Origin: a virus
IMG/VR virus record: IMGVR_UViG_3300024308_000021
Span: 5,467 to 69,466 of that record
Direction: 5' to 3' (one strand)
Length of the DNA stretch: 64,000 nucleotides
The position numbers were made by a program, and so were the translations under genes. A model generated the notes under the pieces. It was not told the DNA's origin, did not search any database, and was given only the letters and a program-made list of their open reading frames with translations. Positions 28,104 through 38,371 of this stretch are shown piece after piece (position 1 is the first letter of the stretch; every line of letters starts with the position of its first letter).

Positions 28104-28507
28104 CAGATCTTCCTATTGGAAGCATTGTATCGTTCGAGGTAACAGCCCCCGTAGTCCTGGCTACCACTTACCAGGATTGTAAGGTGTGTGGTTACACAGA
28201 CGTAGAAGGAGCTCGACTGGCAGGCGACAGTCCCTACGAGACCGCTGCTGCTGTACAGCCCACCCTACCAGAAGGAACTTCCCCAGATCCAAGAGACTAC
28301 CTCTTCGTGACCGTGGAACTCCCTAATGGTAAAAGAGCCAACCTCGGCCTACCCTGGATCCGTAAGGAAACCATTGTAGTGAAAACCAATACGCAGCACA
28401 TCATCCGAACCCTACACACAGGTCCGAATGACACAGCTCGTATTCAGGAACTGTTTGCTCGAGCAGGTATCCAGGTCGAATCCATCGTGTTGCAGTCACA
28501 CACCTAA
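28085..28507 (+). CDS. conserved hypothetical protein upstream of the DNA polymerase (phiKZ gp49-like)
   Basis: 140 aa, AAGGAG RBS; beta-rich; synteny. Confidence 0.65.
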   Translation: MSVPVLTDLPIGSIVSFEVTAPVVLATTYQDCKVCGYTDVEGARLAGDSPYETAAAVQPTLPEGTSPDPRDYLFVTVELPNGKRANLGLPWIRKETIVVKTNTQHIIRTLHTGPNDTARIQELFARAGIQVESIVLQSHT

Positions 28508-28541
28508 TGTTATAGATCATTCCATCTAGGACGACTTTTTC

Positions 28542-28575
28542 AGAGGGCTTCGGCCCTCTTTTTTTTTTATTTTTA
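28542..28575 (+). terminator. intrinsic terminator
   Basis: AGAGGGC-ttcg-GCCCTCT plus long T run. Confidence 0.85.
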
Positions 28576-28617
28576 GGTAAGGGGTAGCTTTATGAAAACC
28601 AGACGGAGTTTCTGAAG

Positions 28618-30744
28618 ATGGCTGAGATAAACCAGTTTCTGTGGGACAAATCCCAATACACACGTGATTTCGATTTCATCAAACATCACATCAACAACCA
28701 AGCTTGGTATCTGAGTAAGATGACCGGCGACCAGCTCGACGAATGTTTGGAGTTCTGCCACCAAGCTTACCGTCCTGGTGGAGTATTCGAATTCAAAGAT
28801 CCTCGTGTGCTAGGTATCTACCAACGTGAGGAAGGTACGCGTAAACTCGAAGAGACTACTGTAACAGCTATGTTAGCTGAGGTAGTAGCTACACGCAGGA
28901 TTATGTCTCCGAGCATGGCTTTCTACATCCACCCTAAAGAGAAGCGTAGTATTCTCGGTAAGTTCATCAAGAAGAACGTGGGGCGTCGTGGTGTAGCTAA
29001 GAAAGAGATGATGCGTGCTAAGATGGCTCTGGACAAAGTCCTCGAGCAGATCAAGAACGACGAACAGTCTTCGTACAAAATCTCAAACAACTCGCTCTCA
29101 GGTGCGCACGTATCCGAGTTCACGATACTGTACCTCAAGTCAGCTCACTCTAGCCTGACTTCACTGTGTCGTACTAGCGCAGCTTATGCTAACGCTAACA
29201 ACGAGAAGTTTCTAACAGGTAACCGACACTACTACGACCGTAATGTAATCCTAGAGAACATCATTAGCATATCCACCCACACCGACTACGTGGCACTGGA
29301 AGCTGTGATGTCCAAATACGGAATCCATTACCCGACCGCTCAAGAAGCTATCGACGTAGTACAACACAGTACTGCTTTCTATTTCCCGAAGCACATTCGT
29401 CTCCACGACGTGGAAGACCTCCTGCATGCAATGACTCCTCTGGAGCGTGCTGCATTCGTTTACACAGGCGATGGTTACCATCTGTGTAAGTACAACGAGC
29501 CTCTCTTCCGCAAGTTTGTGGAAGACATGATTCGTTTGCCAGAAATCCAACACCCAGACCCCGAGTCTGTGTATAAAGAGATGTCGGGTGACACCGTAGC
29601 ATTCGTTTCCAGTAAGATGGCTCACCTCACCCAAGGTAAGAACATCTTCGATAAGGAGCTCGATCCTTCAGTAAAAGCTCTGGTAGCTCAGTCCGTCGTA
29701 GAGATGCACCAGACGCTTGCTGACTACTCGGACTTGATCCGCACCCTGTGGGTTACCTCCAACGTACCAGCTTCCGTAGCGCGCTTTACAGAGTCCACCA
29801 GACGCTGTGGTGTGGTATCCGATACAGACTCTACGATCTTTACAGTACAGTGGTGGTGTAAGTGGTTTACAGGTTACGACCGTGTGGATCAAACCACTAA
29901 CGCAGTACGTAATGCGATGGTGTACCTGGTCTCCCAGCAGATCATCCACATCCTGGCGATTATGTCAGGTAACCTTGGTGTAGATGAATCTCAACTCCAC
30001 CAAGTAGCCATGAAGAACGAATACGCTTTCCCTGTGTTCGTACTGACTTCCAGAGGTAAGCACTACTTTGGTTGGATGGCTGAGCAAGAAGGTAACGTGT
30101 TCAAAGAACCTAAGCTGGAACTCAAAGGCGTAGGTCTGAAGAACTCACTAGCTCCTGCTGAAATCAACAAAGAGTCAGTGGACTTCATCAAAGACTGCAT
30201 GAACACTGTAATGGCTGGTGAACCGATTGAGATGATACCTCGTCTAACCAAGATAGCTGACCGTGAACGTACACTCATGCGTTCTATCACGGAAGGTGGT
30301 TACGAGTTTTACACCTCAGCTCAGATCAAGGACGCTTACGGCGGACCGCTTGAGAAATCGCCTCACCGCTACCACGTTATGTGGGAAGAAGTCTTCGCAC
30401 CCAAATACGGCCCAGCACCTCAACCTCCTTATGCAGCTATCAAAGTCAACATCGAAGCTGACAAACCCTCCAAACTCAAGGAGTGGTTGGCCAGTATCGA
30501 GGATGATGGTGTACGCAGTAGACTGACCGAGTACTGCCGTAGGGAAGGTAAGACCAGCTTCGGAATGTTACTTCTGCCGAAGGAACGTATCGAAGTATGT
30601 GGTGTACCTAAAGAAATCGTTCAGTGTGTAAACGTACGTAGTATGGTTCACGAGATAATGTCTCCTTTCTATATCGAACTAGAGTCATTTGGCTTTTACA
30701 TGAACAACTCGGGTCTCACCAGACTAGTGTCTGACGAATACTAA
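28618..30744 (+). CDS. family B DNA polymerase, motif B/C subunit (phiKZ gp50-like)
   Basis: Motif B YKISNNSLSG, motif C VVSDTDSTIF; I see no motif A or exonuclease motifs in this ORF. Confidence 0.88.
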   Translation: MAEINQFLWDKSQYTRDFDFIKHHINNQAWYLSKMTGDQLDECLEFCHQAYRPGGVFEFKDPRVLGIYQREEGTRKLEETTVTAMLAEVVATRRIMSPSMAFYIHPKEKRSILGKFIKKNVGRRGVAKKEMMRAKMALDKVLEQIKNDEQSSYKISNNSLSGAHVSEFTILYLKSAHSSLTSLCRTSAAYANANNEKFLTGNRHYYDRNVILENIISISTHTDYVALEAVMSKYGIHYPTAQEAIDVVQHSTAFYFPKHIRLHDVEDLLHAMTPLERAAFVYTGDGYHLCKYNEPLFRKFVEDMIRLPEIQHPDPESVYKEMSGDTVAFVSSKMAHLTQGKNIFDKELDPSVKALVAQSVVEMHQTLADYSDLIRTLWVTSNVPASVARFTESTRRCGVVSDTDSTIFTVQWWCKWFTGYDRVDQTTNAVRNAMVYLVSQQIIHILAIMSGNLGVDESQLHQVAMKNEYAFPVFVLTSRGKHYFGWMAEQEGNVFKEPKLELKGVGLKNSLAPAEINKESVDFIKDCMNTVMAGEPIEMIPRLTKIADRERTLMRSITEGGYEFYTSAQIKDAYGGPLEKSPHRYHVMWEEVFAPKYGPAPQPPYAAIKVNIEADKPSKLKEWLASIEDDGVRSRLTEYCRREGKTSFGMLLLPKERIEVCGVPKEIVQCVNVRSMVHEIMSPFYIELESFGFYMNNSGLTRLVSDEY

Positions 30745-30748
30745 GGAG

Positions 30749-30778
30749 CAGAGGAGGAGGCTCACGCCTCCTCCTCTG
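30749..30778. terminator. bidirectional terminator hairpin
   Basis: 13-bp stem CAGAGGAGGAGGC-tcac-GCCTCCTCCTCTG between convergent genes. Confidence 0.75.
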
Positions 30779-30780
30779 GA

Positions 30781-31860
30781 TTAGTAAGCAAGAACCTGTA
30801 GAAACTCAGCCTCAACGCTATAGCGCGTTTCAGCGTCTAATAGACGCACTAAAGCACTACCGCTGTATCCTAATCGGATTTCGCGTAGCGTACGATTGTT
30901 CTGTGTTCCGTTGTTGCCGTTGTCATTACGCACCAACCACCAGACCCAGCCTATCTGACCAGCCCCTAGAGCCCAGCGTACAGACTCGGTGAGGTAGTAG
31001 TTCGGTAGACGTAGTAACTCTTCGGCCGTGTCTGCAAACGGAACCCGGCACATACGCAAGAGGTCAGCGTAAGACTTCCCGCCCATACGCAAGCGATAAG
31101 CGATTTCATCACATCCATTCTCCATGTAACGGTGATTTAAAGGAAGGTGTATTGGTAGATTCGGAACCGGAGGTTTCTCGGAGTAAGGCTCGTGCTCGGC
31201 TTTTGCAATACAGCGATTCAACCAAGCTACATCCAACCAAGACTCTACAGCATTAGGTAAAGGATACATAGCCAGGAAGTGCATTAGCCCCAAACGCTCC
31301 TCAGGAGGTTTAGCACGCTCCTCTAGACTCCAGCAGTAGTACTGTAGTGCTAGTAGAGGAATGTCCACCAGATACACTGACAACCCTTCCTGTGCGGTGT
31401 ATCCACTGAAGCGCTCTAACCGTAGATCACTACAAGAGTGCCTTAGGAAACGAATAGGAGCTAGGTCACACCACTTACGATTGAGCACCAGCTCAGTGTA
31501 GTTACACTGATACTTCCCATCACTTAGAGCGATAGGTAGTTCCAAGCTGTTAGAGAACAGTACATCCCGATGAGCTCGTCCTTTAGTAGCCAGGTTACTG
31601 ATCCGTAGAGCACTAGCTAACTCATTACTCAAGCCGTAGATTTGGTCATAGTAAAATTGTACGTCATCGTACAAAGCTATAGGAAGACTGTGCAGCAACC
31701 TTACCAACACATTACGACCGTTAACTTTGGCTGGATATCTGCGACAGTATTGTTTTAATTTTGCAACGTTACCTCTAAGCGCCAGGAACCCGTTGTTTAA
31801 CTCAGGTAGTTCGTACCTGGTCTGTCTGGGTGTTCCTGGGTTCTGGAACAATGAGAACAT
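30781..31860 (-). CDS. virion structural protein (phiKZ gp52-like)
   Basis: 359 aa, AAGGT RBS, between Pol and chimallin on the opposite strand; synteny. Confidence 0.6.
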   Translation of the reverse strand: MFSLFQNPGTPRQTRYELPELNNGFLALRGNVAKLKQYCRRYPAKVNGRNVLVRLLHSLPIALYDDVQFYYDQIYGLSNELASALRISNLATKGRAHRDVLFSNSLELPIALSDGKYQCNYTELVLNRKWCDLAPIRFLRHSCSDLRLERFSGYTAQEGLSVYLVDIPLLALQYYCWSLEERAKPPEERLGLMHFLAMYPLPNAVESWLDVAWLNRCIAKAEHEPYSEKPPVPNLPIHLPLNHRYMENGCDEIAYRLRMGGKSYADLLRMCRVPFADTAEELLRLPNYYLTESVRWALGAGQIGWVWWLVRNDNGNNGTQNNRTLREIRLGYSGSALVRLLDAETRYSVEAEFLQVLAY

Positions 31861-31937
31861 CGTTGGCCACCTTTGAGTTTGGAATCATAGAGTGAACGTG
31901 TAATAAAAAACAATAGGTATCTATTGTATAGAGGAAA

Positions 31938-32060
31938 CTCACCCGCTGGTGTTCACGCACCAGCTATCGTTTTGGGGGGTTCCAAAAAAACACACACCTA
32001 AATTACCCAGGTGAGCAAACGAAAGTATGCTCTTGTTTTACGTAAAACAAAGGAATAAGT
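31938..32060 (+). promoter_or_regulatory. structured 5' leader of chimallin
   Basis: CTCACC/GGTGAG closes two hairpins; a further hairpin abuts the RBS. Confidence 0.5.
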
Positions 32061-32061
32061 C

Positions 32062-34023
32062 ATGGGAGTCGTCTTAGATGATCTGGAGTCCTCTCCAGAC
32101 TCCGAAGAAAACACCAACACTACTACTCAGGCTCCGGTCGCTCCGGCAACTGAGCCAGTGGTGCAGAAAGCTCAACCCCAACCGGAACCCGCATACCGCG
32201 CTACCGAAAATCATAATACCCAACAACAAGGAAAAATGGACATGTCCCAAGAACAAAACCAATTCGACCAGCAAGCTGCTACCGACATCTTTGCTCAGCT
32301 GGCCAACACTGCATCCCCGCTGGGTTCCCGTTCTGCCGAATACGGCCACCGTTTCAAGATGGCCTGGACTGACGCTGTAAAAGAATCCACTGGTAAATCC
32401 GAAATCGACGGCTACGTCACCAGCATCATCTCTGGCGTCTCCGTAGGTTCTCCGGCCGACATCGCTGCTCTGAGCCACATCGGCAAAGACAAGCGTATCG
32501 TGACCTACTGCCTGCTGCTGGGCGGCGCTGCTGTAGAGCTGGCTCCGAAAACTGAGCAACGTGATGGCGAGACTATCTCCGTTACCCAGACCATCGGTAC
32601 CGTGTTCGACGGCGATACCAACATGGCTATCGCCACTGTACTGGGTCAGCAATTCGGTGTCCCGGCTCAAGCCGTGATGATCGTTGGTAAGTCCCTGGTG
32701 CCTAAGAACTTCGAGTGCACCCCGCTGACCATGCGTGACGTCATCCAGAACGCCTACATGGCGGTATCCGTTGTCTCCAAGATGACTGAGTTCCGTCCGT
32801 TCACTGTTTCCCAGCTGTCCACCGCGATCAACCAGAACATCCGTGTTGGTGCCAAGGCCGACTTCTCCGCACAACCGACTAAAGACATCTACGGTCGTCC
32901 GCTGCGTACCGAAGTTACCCTGGAAACCTACGCTGCTGTGAAAGGTAAGTCCAAGTCCTGGGAACAGCAGATCAACCTGACCCGTGTACAAGGTTTCATC
33001 AACGTTCTGTACCTGCCGCAGCTGCAAGTACAAGGCATGATGCCTTCCACTCAGGTGCTGATGCCGGAACTGGTAATCACCAACGTCTCTGCTGACTTCG
33101 GTGACCCGACTCTGGAGCGTATCCTGTTCGCGCTGGTAGGTGCTCTGTCCATCGAGCGTGATGGTCTGTGGGCTAAAGCGTTCATCCCCCGCAACAACGT
33201 CAAAGGCCGTATCGACACCCGTGACATCGGTGCCGTAGGTTGCGACATCAAGCTGGGTGCTGACGTTCCGCTGGCCAAGATCGATACCAAGTCTGCAAGC
33301 TTCACTCAGGACAAGCTCAAAGAGCTGCTGTCCATGGTGTTCCGCCGCGAGGCCGGTATCGCTATCTCCATGGATCTGGATCCGACCGCTTACAACTCCT
33401 GGCTGACCGACATCTTCGCACGTGCCGCTTCTGGCGACTCGCATGCGCAGACCACCATCCTGCGTGCTACCGACCGCATGTGCAACGGTAAGTTCCAGGC
33501 TCGTTGGGATGCTCTGCAAGTCCAGGGTGAGAAGCGTGTGCTGATCAACCGTGGTCTGGTTCAGAAAGGTACCTACGTCCATGACGACGGTACCCTGCAC
33601 TCTCTGGATGAGATGAACGATTACCTGGCCGTGTGCAACCTGTACGGTTCCGGTGATCCGCAGGTTCTGCGTGAGTATGTCGAAACCATCGAGTCTCCGG
33701 ACATGCCGATGCCGATCCGTCTGTCTCGTCGTGAGCGTCTGTTCCGCAGCATGAACGACACTGTGAACATCGAGTCCTACGCTCTGCGTGCCATGTTCAC
33801 TCCGTACTACATGCAGTGCTTCGTTGCCGCTCTGGCTGAGTGCAAGGTTGTCATCAACCCGGATACCTCCGGCTTCACTCTGACCGGTGGTCTGCGTGGC
33901 GATGCTTCCCTGCAAGGCATGGGTATGACTGGGTTCTCCAACACCCTGTTCCAATCCCAGACCTTCGGTGGTGGTAACTGGGGCAACAGCATGGGTGGTT
34001 CCTGGAACAACAACTGGGGTTAA
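32062..34023 (+). CDS. chmA: chimallin, phage nucleus shell protein
   Basis: 653 aa, very strong codon bias, disordered termini, immediately upstream of the nvRNAP beta-prime gene as in phiKZ gp54-gp55. Confidence 0.88.
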   Translation: MGVVLDDLESSPDSEENTNTTTQAPVAPATEPVVQKAQPQPEPAYRATENHNTQQQGKMDMSQEQNQFDQQAATDIFAQLANTASPLGSRSAEYGHRFKMAWTDAVKESTGKSEIDGYVTSIISGVSVGSPADIAALSHIGKDKRIVTYCLLLGGAAVELAPKTEQRDGETISVTQTIGTVFDGDTNMAIATVLGQQFGVPAQAVMIVGKSLVPKNFECTPLTMRDVIQNAYMAVSVVSKMTEFRPFTVSQLSTAINQNIRVGAKADFSAQPTKDIYGRPLRTEVTLETYAAVKGKSKSWEQQINLTRVQGFINVLYLPQLQVQGMMPSTQVLMPELVITNVSADFGDPTLERILFALVGALSIERDGLWAKAFIPRNNVKGRIDTRDIGAVGCDIKLGADVPLAKIDTKSASFTQDKLKELLSMVFRREAGIAISMDLDPTAYNSWLTDIFARAASGDSHAQTTILRATDRMCNGKFQARWDALQVQGEKRVLINRGLVQKGTYVHDDGTLHSLDEMNDYLAVCNLYGSGDPQVLREYVETIESPDMPMPIRLSRRERLFRSMNDTVNIESYALRAMFTPYYMQCFVAALAECKVVINPDTSGFTLTGGLRGDASLQGMGMTGFSNTLFQSQTFGGGNWGNSMGGSWNNNWG

Positions 34024-34043
34024 TTCGCTGATCCAGTAATACA

Positions 34044-34075
34044 GAAAAGGGGAGCTTCGGCTCCTCTTTTTTCTT
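34044..34075 (+). terminator. intrinsic terminator
   Basis: AAAAGGGGAGC-ttcg-GCTCCTCTTTT plus T run. Confidence 0.85.
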
Positions 34076-34094
34076 TGTTGACTAGGAGAGTTGA

Positions 34095-35555
34095 ATGTCA
34101 GTTGCTAAACAACTACCAGGCGTGTCAGCCTACTTGTTAGACTATCGTGAACTGATAGCCAGACAGTCCACACCCCCCACGTTCGTAAACGACATCGACG
34201 TAAACGAACTGACTGACCGTAAGAAGCTCGATGAGATGCTGATCACTCGGTTCGACTCAGACCTCCTGAGTTCTGAGCCTAGCTGCGAGTGTGGAGCTAG
34301 TGGTGCTGAAGCCAAAGGCAGTATCTGTCCTGAGTGTTTCACTCCAGTAGTAGTGCCTGCTGAGCGTAAGATCGAGTCTAGTCTGTGGATTCGCACACCA
34401 GACGGAGTACACTCGCTACTGCATCCGCAGATAGTCGATCACCTCAGTCGTTATTTCAAAGTAGGTGGAGTAGATCTGATCAGTTGGATCTGCGATCCTT
34501 ACTACAAACCACCATACAACTCCTCAGCTATCGAGCGCCTAAAAGCGTTTGGTGTAAAGCGAGGGTTGAACTGGTTCCATGACAACCATGAAGCTCTGTT
34601 CGAGTTCCTGTTCGATGGACGCTTCGTAAATAAGTCCAAGAGAGATCGCACGATCTTCCGTGGATTCTGGGAAAAACACAAACACCTACTGTTCCAACCA
34701 GCCCTCCCTATTCCGAGTAAGCTTGCTTTTATTATCGAGTCGTCCGATACTGGACGTTACTCAGATCCTAACATAGCGAGCGCTATCGATGCTGTGCGTA
34801 CGATTACTTCACTGCGTACCAGTATCACGGAGCCGGGATTGCCTTCGAAGGAATCCAAAGCGTATCGTGCGTGCCGTCAGTTGGATCAGTTCTACGACCG
34901 ACAGTTCCGCGTAAACTTTGGCCCTAAGAAAGGACAGTATCGTAAGCACGTATTCGGATCTCGTCCAGCTCACAGCTTCCGAGCTGTAATCGTATCGGTA
35001 TCTGGAGTACACGACTACAGGCACGTAGAACTACCTTACGGCTTAACAGTCTGTATTCTGGAAGAACACATTATCTCGTGTTTGATTAACCGACTGAACT
35101 ACACTCCAGTACAAGCTTACAAGCTGTTCACGGAATCGGTGCTCACGTTTAACCAGACGATCTACGACCTCATCCAAACACTGCTGGAAGAAGGCACTGT
35201 TCGTGATGAGATGCAGAAGATCACACAAGCCCTGAGCATTATCCTCCAGCGTAACCCTAGTCTGAAACGACTGAGTGCGCAGAAGTTTATCATTGGTAAG
35301 ATCAAGAAAGACCCTGCCGATAATACCATCGGTATGTCCGTGTTAACCCTCGCGGGACCAAACGCTGATTTTGACGGCGACCAGTTGAACGGACTCTTAC
35401 TGATAGACTTCGTCTCTTACGAGATGCTGGAACCTCTGGAACCGCACCTCGGTATAGTAGACATGCACACTCCGTTCAAGTTCTCCTCGGATATGGCTCT
35501 CGAAGCTCCTATCCTGGCGACCCTGAACGAGTGGTTGCGACACGCTCCTAAGTAA
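34095..35555 (+). CDS. non-virion RNA polymerase beta-prime N-terminal subunit (phiKZ gp55-like)
   Basis: Zn motif CECG...CPEC, QRNPSL, catalytic NADFDGD. Confidence 0.93.
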   Translation: MSVAKQLPGVSAYLLDYRELIARQSTPPTFVNDIDVNELTDRKKLDEMLITRFDSDLLSSEPSCECGASGAEAKGSICPECFTPVVVPAERKIESSLWIRTPDGVHSLLHPQIVDHLSRYFKVGGVDLISWICDPYYKPPYNSSAIERLKAFGVKRGLNWFHDNHEALFEFLFDGRFVNKSKRDRTIFRGFWEKHKHLLFQPALPIPSKLAFIIESSDTGRYSDPNIASAIDAVRTITSLRTSITEPGLPSKESKAYRACRQLDQFYDRQFRVNFGPKKGQYRKHVFGSRPAHSFRAVIVSVSGVHDYRHVELPYGLTVCILEEHIISCLINRLNYTPVQAYKLFTESVLTFNQTIYDLIQTLLEEGTVRDEMQKITQALSIILQRNPSLKRLSAQKFIIGKIKKDPADNTIGMSVLTLAGPNADFDGDQLNGLLLIDFVSYEMLEPLEPHLGIVDMHTPFKFSSDMALEAPILATLNEWLRHAPK

Positions 35556-35560
35556 TCAGG

Positions 35561-35579
35561 CGGAGGGCTAGTCCCTCCG
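35561..35579 (+). terminator. intergenic hairpin
   Basis: CGGAGGG-ctagt-CCCTCCG, weak T tract. Confidence 0.5.
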
Positions 35580-35630
35580 TATTTATTCACGCAAGAGAGG
35601 AATATTGTAGTGGAACATGGAGTATAGATT

Positions 35631-36239
35631 ATGCAAGTAATGATGGGAAGTAACGATACGTTTAATGGCATGCTGTTCGGGGCACCCCATCCAGAAACCA
35701 TCAATTTTCTGAAAAGTCAACCTGCGTTTAATACATCCAGTTTGTTGCCAGCGGCTAGTGGATTCGCTCAAGCAGTACGTACCTTCAGCGAAAACTTTAA
35801 CCTCGACAGACTGACCCGAGTCATGGAAGCTGCGTCGCGCACCGTAGCACACATGTGGGACTCGAACACCATTCGTAGACTGGATACACTGTCGGACTTC
35901 CAACAAGCTCCGACTATGATGATCCCGTTCCTGATGGCGTGTCCAGATGTTCGCAAGTTGTATAACTCTCAGCAGATAGATGGTTGGAGTCACTGGTATC
36001 AGGATACTAATCCTGGAGCTAGTGGCGTGGACCTCCCCGAGTATCGTGCGGTGATGCAAGGTATGGGGGTGGATGTCGGTGACGAGATCCATTACACTAC
36101 GTACTGTGAGGACGATGACTTCGCGTATGATCTGTCTATCGGACAGAAACAAGAGATCCTACTCAGCTGGGATTCCATACGTCATCATCTCTACAACGGT
36201 ACTAGTGACCCGACTAGCAAATCAAACAACTCGTTGTAA
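35631..36239 (+). CDS. conserved hypothetical protein (Chimalliviridae core block)
   Basis: 202 aa, GGAG RBS; position after gp55-like gene. Confidence 0.75.
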   Translation: MQVMMGSNDTFNGMLFGAPHPETINFLKSQPAFNTSSLLPAASGFAQAVRTFSENFNLDRLTRVMEAASRTVAHMWDSNTIRRLDTLSDFQQAPTMMIPFLMACPDVRKLYNSQQIDGWSHWYQDTNPGASGVDLPEYRAVMQGMGVDVGDEIHYTTYCEDDDFAYDLSIGQKQEILLSWDSIRHHLYNGTSDPTSKSNNSL

Positions 36240-36243
36240 TACG

Positions 36244-36270
36244 AAAAGCCCTCCAGTAGGGCTTTTTTCT
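36244..36270 (+). terminator. intrinsic terminator
   Basis: AAAAGCCCT-ccagt-AGGGCTTTT TTCTTT. Confidence 0.75.
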
Positions 36271-36289
36271 TTGCTGAGGTAAATCGAAA

Positions 36290-36703
36290 ATGAGCGAGAA
36301 AGTAAGCCCTTCTCTGTCTAGTAAAGGATGGATCCGTACTCCTAGTGAGATACTCGACAATGAATTCGCCAACTTCATGTTGAACGAATACTCCAAAACA
36401 CATTTCTACGTAGGACACATCGCAAGCTTTACCTACCTGGTACAGCGTTACGGAAACGATAGATTCGAACTAGCTGTTCGAACTCAGGACACTCTGCGAC
36501 GACTGTTCGAATGTTTCTTCGATACAGTCAGTGTGGAAGTTTCCCCAGAGCAGATCTCTGAGGAAGACGACACCAAGTTCTACCTGCGTATTGCCCTCAC
36601 GGTAATCCATGAAGGACTGTCTTATGTACTCAGTAAAGAAACCTCTGCTGTGGACTCACGTACACGCAGTATCATCGACATTCAGAAAGGAATTAAGTCA
36701 TGA
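36290..36703 (+). CDS. conserved small protein, possibly baseplate gp25/gpW-like
   Basis: 137 aa, GAGGT RBS; helix-then-three-strand pattern; fold assignment is inference. Confidence 0.45.
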   Translation: MSEKVSPSLSSKGWIRTPSEILDNEFANFMLNEYSKTHFYVGHIASFTYLVQRYGNDRFELAVRTQDTLRRLFECFFDTVSVEVSPEQISEEDDTKFYLRIALTVIHEGLSYVLSKETSAVDSRTRSIIDIQKGIKS

Positions 36704-37236
36704 AGATCGCTAATTTCCCAGAACACGCACAAGCGCTGTCTATCCTGAACCAAGTACCGCTTCCCACAGTAACCGACCACGAGCTGCGCGAGCGCTACCT
36801 CGGTCTGCTTTGTGGTGAAGAACTCACCAACGAACTCGCAGTACTGTGGACTGACGAGATCTGTGGTGGTAAAGACTCTGCTGTAAACGTGGTAAACTCC
36901 GAAGGGGCTGTCATCGACCAGGTTCCTCCTTTGCTGATGCCTTACCCCACTGAACTCAAGTTCGGTCGTAGTCGCAGCATCTCAGCTATTGTAGCTGAAA
37001 CCCAGATCACCAATCGCATCAACCCAATCATGGGTGAGCGGTTTATGGAAGAAACCCTGGGCAAGCAGGTTGAGACTTTGTTCGAGTCTGAAGCTGTTCG
37101 TAATGCAGTGGAAGCCCATCGTCAGAAGTGGGTGGAATTCCTGGCCCGTTGGGGTAAGAAGTTGCAGGTAGCAAAAGGATCAGTACAAGATGCCACTCCA
37201 GCTGAAGAAGAACCCACCGGCTTCGAAGAATTCTAA
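36700..37236 (+). CDS. conserved hypothetical protein
   Basis: 178 aa, ATGA coupling, AAAGGA RBS. Confidence 0.75.
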   Translation: MKIANFPEHAQALSILNQVPLPTVTDHELRERYLGLLCGEELTNELAVLWTDEICGGKDSAVNVVNSEGAVIDQVPPLLMPYPTELKFGRSRSISAIVAETQITNRINPIMGERFMEETLGKQVETLFESEAVRNAVEAHRQKWVEFLARWGKKLQVAKGSVQDATPAEEEPTGFEEF

Positions 37237-38371
37237 CGAACTTCGTTCCCTGTGGATTTCCGATATACACCTAGGGAACAACCTCACACCTACCGAGCAT
37301 ACTCTAGCTAGCCTAGACCAGATGGTTTTCGCTAACCACGAAAACCGTTTCCTGGACTTCATCGCATTCCCTGGAGATTTCTTCGACCAGAGCTTAGCAG
37401 CTGGAGATCCGAGATACTTTCTGATTGTGAAGTGGGTTACGAAGTTCATGAAGTGGGCTCGTAAGCACGATGTAGTGGTGTTCGTACTAGCTGGTACTAA
37501 GTCTCATGACGCAGAGCAATCGGAGATCTTCGTAAAGATCAACGAAGCCGGTATCCACGCCGAGCTTTACTATGCCGACGATGTTTGCATCCGACACATC
37601 GCCAGATGGGGACTAGATTTCCTATTTGTACCAGATAACAAAGGCACAGGAGATCACGTCTGGAAACGTGTGAACGAAGAGTTGCAAGCTAATGGGTTGC
37701 AACAAGTGCATTACGCTGTAATGCACGGCTTCTTTGATTTCGAATTACCAGAAGCTGCTCGAAACAAACATCCAGAACACCACATCCGAGAGCGCTACGA
37801 GTCTGTAGTACGTTACGCCATCGTGATAGGACATCACCACACCCCGCAGCATCGCGGGTTAGTGTGGGTTCCTGGTAGTTTGGAGCGTAACAAGCATGGT
37901 GAAGAAGAAGCTAAAGGAGCTTTACTGCTTACGGAATCTGGTGGTAAGGTCACAGGCACTTTCGTAGAGAACACCAGAGCTAAGATCTATCGTGATCTAA
38001 AGTGTCACGGTTATTCCACTCAACGTGTACTGGAACTACTAGAGTCGCTAGGAGACCTTCCTGTAGACTCCAGTTTGCGTTTGCATGGTTATCGTGACGA
38101 TGAGTACGTGGCTGGGTTTAAAGAGCTTCAGAAGCGATTCTATCGCTATTCCTTGAAGCTCCAGACTGAACTGAGAGAAGATGCTTTCGAGAAACGTCTC
38201 GAAGAAGTAGCTTTGAACTTCGTCCCGCTGGTTTTAACTTCCAGCAATATCGTAGAACACCTCGGTAATCGTTTGCATTCCCAGAAACACTCACCAGAAC
38301 TGGTCTCACGAGCTCTGAAACGATTGGAGCAGAAAGTAAATGGATCATCAAGCGCTAATGGCGTCTCGTGA
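37190..38371 (+). CDS. sbcD: SbcD/Mre11-family metallophosphoesterase nuclease
   Basis: Motifs SDIHLG, GDFFD, GTKSHD, MHG, GHHH. Confidence 0.88.
   Translation: MPLQLKKNPPASKNSNELRSLWISDIHLGNNLTPTEHTLASLDQMVFANHENRFLDFIAFPGDFFDQSLAAGDPRYFLIVKWVTKFMKWARKHDVVVFVLAGTKSHDAEQSEIFVKINEAGIHAELYYADDVCIRHIARWGLDFLFVPDNKGTGDHVWKRVNEELQANGLQQVHYAVMHGFFDFELPEAARNKHPEHHIRERYESVVRYAIVIGHHHTPQHRGLVWVPGSLERNKHGEEEAKGALLLTESGGKVTGTFVENTRAKIYRDLKCHGYSTQRVLELLESLGDLPVDSSLRLHGYRDDEYVAGFKELQKRFYRYSLKLQTELREDAFEKRLEEVALNFVPLVLTSSNIVEHLGNRLHSQKHSPELVSRALKRLEQKVNGSSSANGVS

Noticed and set aside
32074-33954. 626-aa antisense ORF over chimallin
   Set aside because: It is an in-register shadow of a strongly biased gene that avoids TTA/CTA/TCA codons; it has no RBS or recognisable motifs.
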